A stretch of 64,000 bases of DNA from Fistulifera solaris. Lineage: Eukaryota. Position 1 is the first letter of the stretch. Each line of letters opens with the position of its first letter. Below the pieces are notes generated by a model. That model saw only the letters and a list, made by a program, of their open reading frames with translations. It was not told the origin of the DNA and made no database searches. Position numbers and translations under genes: made by a program. This document shows, piece after piece, positions 36,181 through 46,132 of the stretch. The stretch is taken from NCBI GenBank assembly GCA_030295235.1, contig AP026162.1:558001-622000 (forward strand), read 5' to 3'.

Positions 36181-38643
36181 ATGACACAAGTCGCAGGGAT
36201 TATCGTGGCTTTGCTTGGCAGTCTTGTATTTCAACTGCAGAAAAATTCGAGTAATATTCTGTACTTTTATGGAAACAGCTGGAGCTGCACCACATGGCAA
36301 GAATGGACATGGATCGCGCTCACAGGGCTACTTATGCTTATGCTTCAAATGAAACCAAACAGTCAGATCGACCCGCCGTCAGAACAAGCGAAGACCAAGC
36401 TCTTTCTATGCTTCTTGGCAATCAACTTCATATGGTTTTTTGTTGCCATCGCGGAATTTGATTACACGTTCTCGGTAGTAAAGGCAGTAGAGTTTCTTGG
36501 GGCGAAAGCTGCCTGGCCAGGCATGTGGAATTTAGCATTTGTGATTTTCCCCATCAAGCGCTCGTCTGAAATGTTGGCGATCTCACACAAAGATTTATTA
36601 TTCCTTCATATTTGGGCTGGACAAGCCATCTTCTTCTGGTTAGCCGTCCACACGGTGCTCTTATCCATCGCATACGCAGTAAATCTTGACTATTCACTTC
36701 GAAATTGGACAAAGGTAATGATCCCATCCGATAACTTGTATACAGAAGGCGTAGTGAATTTCATGGGGTGGCTTGGACTAGCCATGCTTCTACTTTTGTG
36801 GCTCACTTCTCGACCGTGGTTCCGCAAACATTGTTATGAGATGTTCTCCTTCCTGCATCTAGTGACAGCCGCGTCCTTCATTCTGTTCTCCAATCTTCAC
36901 GATTACAACACAATCCATTTTATTCAACCGGCATTTGCTGCGTGGATCGCTGAGCGACTAGTGCGGCGTATTTCCACCGTGAACGTAATGATCGAAAAAA
37001 CACCACCACCTACTACTGTTGAAGATGGGATCCTCGGTAATGGCGGTATCCTCGCTGTTTCGATTTGTGAAACAAGTGGGAGAAAAGATTTTCCTCCTTT
37101 GGTGCGTCTTACCATGACTTTACCACGATCCTGGAATGTTTGTCCTGGAACGGCAGCATTCCTGTATCTGAAATGTCCGAGCATTTCCAACTGGCAGCTA
37201 CATCCATTCTCGATTAGCACGATTGACGTCGAGAGCATGACGTTTTCTGTACATATCAAAGCTCTCGGTGATTGGACGAATCAGTTTGTTCGGCAATTAA
37301 ATCAGCTTGTCGTCAAAGCGGACTTGCCGCTCGACGATCATCAAACTGGTCGGGAGGAGGCAAGTGAAACAATTCAAAATGCCACGAACCAGTTTGGTCT
37401 TTGCATTGAAGGTCCCTATTGCTCAGATCTTGGTGCACAATTGGATTCCGATCAAAAGTGCTTATTCATAGCTGGAGGAGTGGGCCTCACCGGCTTGTCT
37501 GAAGTCTTATACCGCCGACACGGACGTGGACAAGCGACGCTACTGGTTTGGATCCTCCGCACTATCGAGGAAATGGACTTTCTGGCCAAAGACTTACTTG
37601 ATCGCCTACAACCACCAAGGGACACAACACAAATCATGGTGTATATCACGCGCCAAGACGAGCGTTACGAACGTCGTCGCCGGCAGACCGCGAAAGTGGA
37701 TCACACACCGTTGCTGCTGCCCGGCTATGTCAAGTCAATCGACAGGACTGCAGCGGCAAAGAATTCGATCTTGACGTTTCCTACCATTGTCGAAGAGACG
37801 TCCACAAATCCAGATCAAAAACCGATGTCACTTGTCAGCCTTCTCGGAGTCTCCCTCAGTTTCTTGCTTGCTCGGATGGCCTGCTGCAATAGGACCGTAC
37901 GTGATACCGAGACCGGTAGAATTCTCCACACCTGTTCCGCAGTAACTAGAGCCTCGACCAGTATGACCTGTTCCAATTCATGCCAAGATGATGGCTTTTC
38001 TTGCTGTACCACGCCTATCTGTTTCTACTGCTTCCGAGGGTTGCCCGTGCTCTTCATGTTCATCCTGGCTCCTTTGTTGCCTCTTCTGTTTGCGTGGGTC
38101 TACCCGTACTGTATTCAGGTCACGAAATGGGTGCGCAAAGCCATTCGACCTCATCACGTTGCACCAGGGTTCCGATCTTGTACGTTAATACCGCTTCGCA
38201 TGGCGGGTCGGTCGGCATCGGCAGTGGAGGATACCTCCGAAAATTCCGTAACATACGGTGATGCAAGGAACGATTCGTTGCGAGTGATAGACCATTTGTG
38301 TCAACGAAACGCGCCTGCCATCATGACCAATCTCAATCACACCACTGTTGAGTTTCGAAAACCAAAGTTGTCGCAAATTATTCAAGAGTTCGGTGCCTCC
38401 GTGGGCAGAAACGAGGATGAAGACTTTGCTTTCCGCGAAAATAGCCACGTCCGGAGAAACGCAGAGGAGGCCGCGGTTTTTGTTTGCGGATCCAAAGCTC
38501 TCGCTGAAAGTGTGTTGAAGGAGGTGGAAATCTACAATAGTAATGATACAAGCAATGACGAAAGAAGCACGTCATCTCATGGAGCTTCTCGATCGAACCG
38601 ACGTGTTACTTTGTCAGTATGGACGGCCACCGGGGCCTATTGA
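36181..38643 (+). CDS. Ferric reductase (FRE/FRO family) flavocytochrome
   Basis: Heme-ligating His pairs (FLHIWAG...AVHT; FLHLVT...NLHD), FAD motif HPFSIS, HIKALGDWT, EGPY, NADPH motif FIAGGVGLT and C-terminal VFVCGS. Intronless, ~820 aa. Confidence 0.93.
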   Translation: MTQVAGIIVALLGSLVFQLQKNSSNILYFYGNSWSCTTWQEWTWIALTGLLMLMLQMKPNSQIDPPSEQAKTKLFLCFLAINFIWFFVAIAEFDYTFSVVKAVEFLGAKAAWPGMWNLAFVIFPIKRSSEMLAISHKDLLFLHIWAGQAIFFWLAVHTVLLSIAYAVNLDYSLRNWTKVMIPSDNLYTEGVVNFMGWLGLAMLLLLWLTSRPWFRKHCYEMFSFLHLVTAASFILFSNLHDYNTIHFIQPAFAAWIAERLVRRISTVNVMIEKTPPPTTVEDGILGNGGILAVSICETSGRKDFPPLVRLTMTLPRSWNVCPGTAAFLYLKCPSISNWQLHPFSISTIDVESMTFSVHIKALGDWTNQFVRQLNQLVVKADLPLDDHQTGREEASETIQNATNQFGLCIEGPYCSDLGAQLDSDQKCLFIAGGVGLTGLSEVLYRRHGRGQATLLVWILRTIEEMDFLAKDLLDRLQPPRDTTQIMVYITRQDERYERRRRQTAKVDHTPLLLPGYVKSIDRTAAAKNSILTFPTIVEETSTNPDQKPMSLVSLLGVSLSFLLARMACCNRTVRDTETGRILHTCSAVTRASTSMTCSNSCQDDGFSCCTTPICFYCFRGLPVLFMFILAPLLPLLFAWVYPYCIQVTKWVRKAIRPHHVAPGFRSCTLIPLRMAGRSASAVEDTSENSVTYGDARNDSLRVIDHLCQRNAPAIMTNLNHTTVEFRKPKLSQIIQEFGASVGRNEDEDFAFRENSHVRRNAEEAAVFVCGSKALAESVLKEVEIYNSNDTSNDERSTSSHGASRSNRRVTLSVWTATGAY

Positions 38644-39212
38644 AGGTTGCTTCGGCCTTTTGATTTTGCACTGTTATATTTGAAGCGTCCCTAAAGCGCG
38701 CTCGTAGTATAGTGTTACCAGGTAAACGTTTTTGATCGCAACCATTGAACTGTAATTGGGTAAAATATTGGGATGCATTAAACGAATAAAAACGTTCTAG
38801 TCCAGTCCTACTGGTATTCATCACTATCTGGTAAAGTGTAATCTCGTCCGTTTGGTGACTCTAGACTCCAATTGCAGTCCCAGCATTGCTTGACCACCAT
38901 TAATGAAAGTAATAGTTCGGTATGACTCCTCTACTCTAGCTTTTCTAATTTAAAATAGAAGAAATAGCAACCGCCGCTTCTGAATAATCTTGTTGAACAT
39001 TGTTTGCATCCAATTCTCAAGGGACGGACGAAGGAATGGAACGTCTAGCACTGCCGGTGAATTTAGACGGACATCCGGCGATTGAAAAAACGAAAAGATT
39101 ACCCACTTGAAACCTCCCGAATGCTGTCTGCATTTTCGAACGGCTTTCGTAATTGCATGTCTTGCCCCCCTTACTTGAATACCCGACTGAGGTTTATTTA
39201 TTTAGTAACTAC

Positions 39213-42200
39213 TCAGCCTTGTGGCTGATAGCGTGACTTATAGCTTGTTCTAGTTCGTCTTTGCCAGCGCTGGAAGGCGTCAACAACGACAAGCGCTCTT
39301 GTTTGTCGACCCCTCTCCCAAAAAAGGCAGACGAGACGACTTAAATTCTCGTGCGATACCTGCTTCAGTTCGATTGGGGATGGAGTAGCAAGACCGGAAT
39401 GGCCAGACAGGAAAATGCTTCCGAGAGGTGGACATCCTTCGTCAAAGTCGTTTACAGAGGACCACCAGGTAAATCGATGTCCCTGTATGATAGCAAAGCA
39501 AGTTTTCCATCGATCTCCCGAACTCGATAGAATTTGAATAGATGAATACCACCGAGCTCGGAAAAGCATCTTCAATCTCTTTCCTCTCTTTTCCTCGGAA
39601 AATTGTTCAGCTTCGCGGACTCCCCGCCGAAGACTTTCCCAAAAATATGTCCTCCTTAAATCCTCATAAGTCGGAATTCCACGAAAAGCGTTCAGTATCC
39701 AAATTCCGATCGGACTCGGATTTTTCTTGTTCACTTTCTCGCTTTTTCTTCTCATTTTTCTTTGAAAGAGATAATCAAAACGGGCGAAGAACGTGGCTCC
39801 GTATTGTCCCTTTATTTTGTTGGTTAGATTATTGTTCGTTTGTATACACGAAGGCGGACGACAGTACCTACCAGAACTAATGCGTAAAAAATAATTTTCA
39901 TGGAAACAAGCGAGAAGAATATCCAAAGTCCGACGGCGATACCGAGCAATATTGTCGATTTCCAAGGATCCTTCATAGATGTCACATGTTAGGCGTCATC
40001 GTGTGGAAGATTACAGTTGTCGAACCAAGATCTTACCGTAAACGTAACCGCGTTACAAATGGCTTCCACGGTGTCCAGGACTTGGCCAAGAGAATTTTGC
40101 ACCATTGCGAGGTGGCCCGTCAAACCACGAACTGAACTTATTGCCCCTAATGAGCTTCCGATCACACCGCGCCGCGCTTCGGCTTGGATGATCGCGGAAC
40201 GCGTCATCTCTTCTTGTATGAATACAGACTCTTCTCTGTTCGTATCACTTTCTCTTTCGATGTCTTCGTTATTATTTTCGTTTAAAGGAGGCGTCCACCA
40301 TAGCTTCAGAAATATTTGCGGAGTTCCATCGTTATCGGAGACTGGGTTGCAATGCGAGCTCACTGTGTCAGGATGCTTTAGTTTAAACCAGCCTTTTATC
40401 TCCTTCTGCTTGTACACCTCGGTGAACGGAATAGAAATCACACCCGCAGTTGCCTCAGAATCGGGAAAGATACTGATAATGTCAGTGAAGTCTACCTCGA
40501 TATCAACCGTACACGTACTGCTTTCCCACGGTTCAAGAACGGGGAGGCCTTCATCTAGAGTATTCGATGGCTGAAGAACTGGAAAAATGAATTGCGGTGT
40601 ACCAGTCGATCCATTTCGCTCTGCAGATTCCCGATTAAAGTGCTTAATAGAGCGAAGGCGCTTGGTTAGAGAACTCTCCTTCGCTTCCTTCCACACAGGA
40701 TTGGTTGAATAGACACGATCCGTCGATCCTATTTCGTGCACAATAGGTCGAGCATTCCCTCTCTCCCTCTCATCATTTGACTTTAAGCCTTCGGTGTTCC
40801 AAAATGCACGGCACATCACACTTCCAGCGATGCCAAACTCCAGAGAGCTGATGTTACGACCAGCCGATATTGATATACCAATTTCTCCAACAGGACGGTG
40901 TACGCTATGCTCGAGCACTATATTTTCTTCCTTACGGCGTTTTTCGACTTCTCTTTTGACAAAATACTCTTTATGACTCTGAAAGCAAACGTGGCGCAAA
41001 GCACTGGTCATCATGAACACAACGACACAGAAACATGGTAAACTTCCAAGGAAAGCAGGGTTAAAAGTGGCACACACTTGCACTGACATGAATAGTGATA
41101 ACGAAGTGACGATCGGATTTTTCCAACTGATAACGTAAATGTACCCGTTCACGGCCTCTTTCATAGTTTCGATGAGGTTTGTCAATCGAGTCAAGTGTAG
41201 CTGAAAGAGACGCATGTTCAGGTCATCAGGCGGGCGAGGAGGACACTCATACGGACTGTCGCCGTATAGACTGGTAAAATCTTCCTTTATCGAAACAAGA
41301 ATATCGGTATAACCGACAATATCTCCTGTGCCAGAAGTTAGAGACAAATTGACTTCATTAGGTACAGAGACTGTTTCGCTTACCTCGATGGACCTTCGAT
41401 GAATGAGGGGAAGGGGTCGGAGGCGAAAAATACTCAAGCGTTGTTGCGTCTTTCATATCGTGCCTCAGATCAATTCTAAGAGGGATTTTCGGCGGGGGCT
41501 TCTGGTTGACACCGAAAAAGTTAAAGAATTGAAATAAAACTCCCCACTATCACTGTCACGTTGAAGTTGCAAGATTGATTGAGTTGTCACGAACGAACTC
41601 CCAACGGGTTTGTCGGTCAAAGCGTCGACCAAATCAATCCGGTACGCGCATCCGTAGTGTGGACTATTGATGATTGAGAAGAATGAAACGAAGTAATGAA
41701 AGACAGAAAGGCAGCAATGATCAACTTACACGTTCAATACCAACTCTTGAGAATCGAAGACAGGCTTGCTTGAATTTTGTATAGTCTGTGTCCTTGCCGA
41801 ATCTCTACTTCCGACCCTGGTCACTCGCATGTAATAGTCTCCAGGTTTGAAAGAGGTTTTTTCATCGGCAAGAATATCACCTGCGTCTGATTCTGGGGAC
41901 CACGGCTCGTACAGCACAAATGCACGAAGAAAAGCCATCTCCATGATCCCAATTCCCTTGGATGCACCAGCACTTTGATTGGACGGATGCTCAGGCCCCT
42001 GTGCTATTGTTGCATTATCGCCAACTGGTGCAACAGTGTTTAAAATAGTGTTCAAACTCAATTTGTTTTGAATCGAGTGTTTTGTCACATCTTGCGCTTC
42101 CAGTGAGCCGCAAGGCATTTTGATATCGACTTGGAGCATACAATCTTCGCAACAGTCAACTTTGCATTTCTCACAACGATATGCCGGTTGGGCTCGGATA

Positions 42201-44563
42201 GCAGACATAATGCTTTTCTTACAAACGCAGCATGTCGCAGGCAACCGAAACTTTCTCAGTCGAAGAAGATGCTGATTTGCCTGACTGTGCGTACTTCGTT
42301 GTGACTTGGCAGAAAACGGAGGGGTTTTATTCGACACAGGACTAGCCGTCTCGTAATCGTCAGCTCGCGGACCTCCTTTCGAACCCCGACGCTCAGGTGT
42401 AAACGGAAAATCGTGTTGGCTATCGTTTCTCGCACTTTGAAATGTAAGAGCGTCCTCCGGGATCTCGATGGTATCAGGAGGCAAGACGTCGCCATCCTCG
42501 CTGATCTCCGAATCCACAATTGTAGGTTCGAACATAGCTTCAACTTGCAGCATAGGCGAAGCCAAACGAGTAGATCCAGGAATTTTCTTTGTTTCAGGAA
42601 ATGTAAGCCAATATCGGCAGGCGCGGTAAGGATTCATCAAAAGTTCTTCGCAACTAAGTGAGAGTGTACCCATGCTAAAGCCAAGTAATCCCATGCCTAG
42701 GGGACTGACAGTGAGGTCAATCTCAATGGTTGGTGTAGGACTTTCGTCACTCGAATAAGCATGTACCATCGAAACACGATTATCCTCAATATCATCCCAC
42801 ACTGCACAGACACCGTGACCTCCCTTTGACGAAGAGAAGGTTTTCGTGCTTTTCGTTCGTACCTTCCCCTTCCAGGGTTTTAGGGAAATAGTTCCTTGGA
42901 CAAAGGATCCAGTAGAGCATGAGAGTTTACGTGCCCGCACTAGACGCAGATTGACCATTCCATGACAATTTTTGCTCTTGTCAAATGGAACATTTAAATT
43001 GAAGTTGCTCCATATCGATATAGTACTGTCAACATCAAAATCGGTCTTCGCCACGCTAACTGACTTGTGCGACGAGTCTTTCACATTCTCTGAAGGTGTG
43101 AGTGACCCGTTACGAGCAGGTGCCTTCCATACAGCGGGTGGATCTATCAGAAGGTCACGAGCTTCGGATTCGTCAAATTCTTTCCGATCGAAAAGTAGCG
43201 GAGCATCTTTTGTGATTTCATGGCTTGTATAATCGATGGCGAAAGATTCACCAGTCGTAGCAATGTGATCTTTCGTCGGCTGACCTGCCGTTACTTGTTT
43301 CTCTGAAATTGCGGTCGATCGTTCAGGCTCGGCGTCGATATTACCTGGCATTTGCTCTTTTTGTAATTGTGGAGGATTCGAATCAATGGAAACATTTGAT
43401 TGGTTCGCTTTTTCCGTCAAGAGGGGAGACTCTGTACTAGGTAGAATGGGCCCCTTTACCGCATTTCTGTGATGCTGTTCCATATCGTTCGTAGGTAAAG
43501 GAGATGGCTCGTGCGATTCGTCATAAACAGTCGTTTCAGTAGGATGTACAAAATCGTCGTCGTGGGATGGTTGCAGCCGCTTTTCATCAATGCTATCCGA
43601 AAACAAAGCAACAACAATACCACCGTCTTCTCCACGGTTTTTACTTCGCGTCGCAAGCTCTGGCTGTGTACCCTCTTTCGCGGCGACTATTTTCTCAGGG
43701 GTGATAATATCATGCGATGTATCCAAGGTGACGCCAGCATCCTCTTGTTGTTGGTCGGATCTCAGCTCCAATGCCGGTATCGAAGATGCTTTGAGACTAT
43801 CGGCGCGGTCCACAATGTCAGGATGATCCTCATTGCGATTCGCCTGTAAAAATCCCCACACATTTGTCTTAGCCATACAACCTTCTGATTTGACTACATC
43901 AGTAACTGTACATTGCTCGGGGCTTTGGTCGGTTTGTGATAGCATTTTCGCCGTTTCCTTGTCCGAATCTTGTTGCATTTCTACTTGTACTTCACATTCG
44001 TCGTGATCCGTCTGATTAACGCTTATTGCGGTCACAGGCTCTAATGCTTCCGCATCGGTCTGATTAACTTCCTCGAAAGCCGCTGCTTCTAATTGTCGAT
44101 CTATTTTGTCCGTCTTTGTAGGATCTAATGAAAGAGTTGGTTGTGCTTCCCTCTCCGAGTCTGACAATGATTCTTGTAAATCATTACGCTTCGGAATCAC
44201 TCTCCGTTTTACATTTCCGGGATATTGTTTTTTTTTCTCCGTAGTTTCATGGCTCGTTCTTCGTTTTAACGTTCCTGGCATGACATTTTTGGGTTGATTG
44301 CTTGGCCTGGACGGTATAGTTCCTTCCGAACGCTGCCGCCTCACTCTCCCAGGAACAGATGTACGCACCACTTCAAGCGACCGCGAAGGGAGTATTGCGG
44401 GAGAGTCATGACTATTTTCGCTGTCATCGTCGCCCAGTTTTTCCAGGATATGATCGGCCAGAGCCGATTGGGATTCGCGGACGGCGGAGGACGACCCATG
44501 ACGAGAATTTTGCGGCGTCAAGACTTTATCTAGCGCGTCGTCTAACCGATTAAGCCAATTCAT
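39213..44563 (-). CDS. Large multi-domain membrane-targeting protein (disordered N-terminus, C2, C1 zinc finger, further C2 and C-terminal PH-like domains); introns and frameshifts present
   Basis: C1 pattern H..LRKF..PATCCVCKK.I.......YRCEKCKVDCCEDC...C, C2-like segments (NLRLVRARKL; ISAGRNI...NPVW) and PH-like WKTCFAIIQGHRFTWW. Exon junctions not fully resolved. Confidence 0.7.
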
Positions 44564-44839
44564 TTTTTAACAGTTCATAGCCGGTATTTTTATTTGTTGT
44601 GTCTTGGATGAAAGGACAAGGAATATAATAGGGCTCTTTCAACGACGCCATGTGAGATGCGAGGTTTTATTGCGAGCAAGCAAGGCGCAGCTGACGAAAA
44701 CGGCTAGCGGTACCTAATGATTAGGTAAAGACTACCGCTTCGACGCATTCTCGTTTCATGAATTGGTAAGAGTATCGCTGATGTCGTACTGTTTAGCTTT
44801 CAATGGTACGTATCATTTTGGATCCATAGTAAATGTATC

Positions 44840-45220
44840 GCTTGGCTCTTCGACGTAAATAAGGCTTGTAATTCAAGCGCTGCTACAAGACTATTTCATT
44901 GCAACAACACAAATGGACCTCAAAATGTTATGCTGAACGAACGAATTGTAGGCAGCATTGTCGCTCGGAAGAATTTTGATAAGATTCATGACTGAAATGC
45001 AGTCGTGGCGAAATCCGGAAAACACTTTGATCGATAGTAAATCGGAAAGACAACGTTTCAAAGTTCTTCGACGTGAAAAATAATGACTTTTTATGCAAAT
45101 GTTGCTAAAGGAATACAGTATTTCATTTTGACGAATGAACGAATTTAGGCAGCGTTGTCGTTCACTGGTAGTCGTTCAAATGCAAACGGATTGATGACTG
45201 AAACAAATGCAGTCGTCGAT
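44840..45220. repeat. Family C repeat, second locus, ~208-218-bp period
   Basis: TCATGACTGAAATGCAGTCGTGGCGAAATCCGGAAAACACTTT (44986-45028) matches 6182-6222. GAACGAATT.TAGGCAGC.TTGTCG and TCTTCGACGT are duplicated locally. Confidence 0.8.
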
Positions 45221-45373
45221 AAAGTTGAGGGCATACTTCGGACTATATTATAGTCAACACCGTTGTCTTTCTAGAGGCATACGGAAATTCTGAATGAGCC
45301 TTTTCCGTATTTTTTTTTGCGAACAATGAAAATTACGGAATATTGCTTCATTTTCAAACAACATAGATTCAAA

Positions 45374-46039
45374 ATGGAAGAGATGGAAAAATTGATACGA
45401 TGTTGCGACTCTATTACTCGTAACTCTCTTATATATCGAACACTCTCCGCTCCGGTGTCGCAGTTCAACCGCACGAGTGAGAAAATACGCTTGGAGAAAA
45501 ATCTAGCCATTTGGCTCGATCAACGAATCTTGGATTATCGCGTTCAGCTCAAGACCCATTCCATAGAATCTCAAACAGACCGGGAGGACATATCGACGAA
45601 GCAGGAATATGCACTACTTTTGGATGAGACTATACGACAGCAACAAGACTTGTTGATACTGAAGAACGTGGCCAATTTGAAACAAGTCAAACAGGCATTC
45701 TCTAACGAAGGAGATCCTCTCATTCGCGACGCCTTGCCTATTCACTTTCAACTAGGAAGACAAGTAGAGCAGTCTTCTCAGCAATATAATGAACGCCGTG
45801 TCGCCATTCAAGAGAAATTACAAGCACTGCACCAAATGGAGCAAGAAACACAGCAATTATGGGAACAAATACAACGTCGGAAAGTAGGGCAAACGCCAAA
45901 AGCTACGGTATCAATATTGAAAAGAGAGAATAAAGTTTTGAAAATTATGATTGAAGACCTGCTATCTGGAAGCAAAATAGACTGGTGTGAGGATCCGCGT
46001 TTGATTCAAATAGTCTCCAGGTTACAATCGGATCGATAG
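45374..46039 (+). CDS. CENP-H-like coiled-coil protein
   Basis: Coiled-coil ORF ending in IEDLLSGSKIDWCEDPRLIQIV, which resembles the CENP-H C-terminal LILGSxVNWAEDPxLxxIV signature. Confidence 0.6.
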   Translation: MEEMEKLIRCCDSITRNSLIYRTLSAPVSQFNRTSEKIRLEKNLAIWLDQRILDYRVQLKTHSIESQTDREDISTKQEYALLLDETIRQQQDLLILKNVANLKQVKQAFSNEGDPLIRDALPIHFQLGRQVEQSSQQYNERRVAIQEKLQALHQMEQETQQLWEQIQRRKVGQTPKATVSILKRENKVLKIMIEDLLSGSKIDWCEDPRLIQIVSRLQSDR

Positions 46040-46132
46040 GATCATTGAAGGAATCTACCATGTACGGAGTATATGTAACGAGCGAGATGACAACTATGAA
46101 GACCAAAAGAACGAAAAGAAATAAACCAATTT

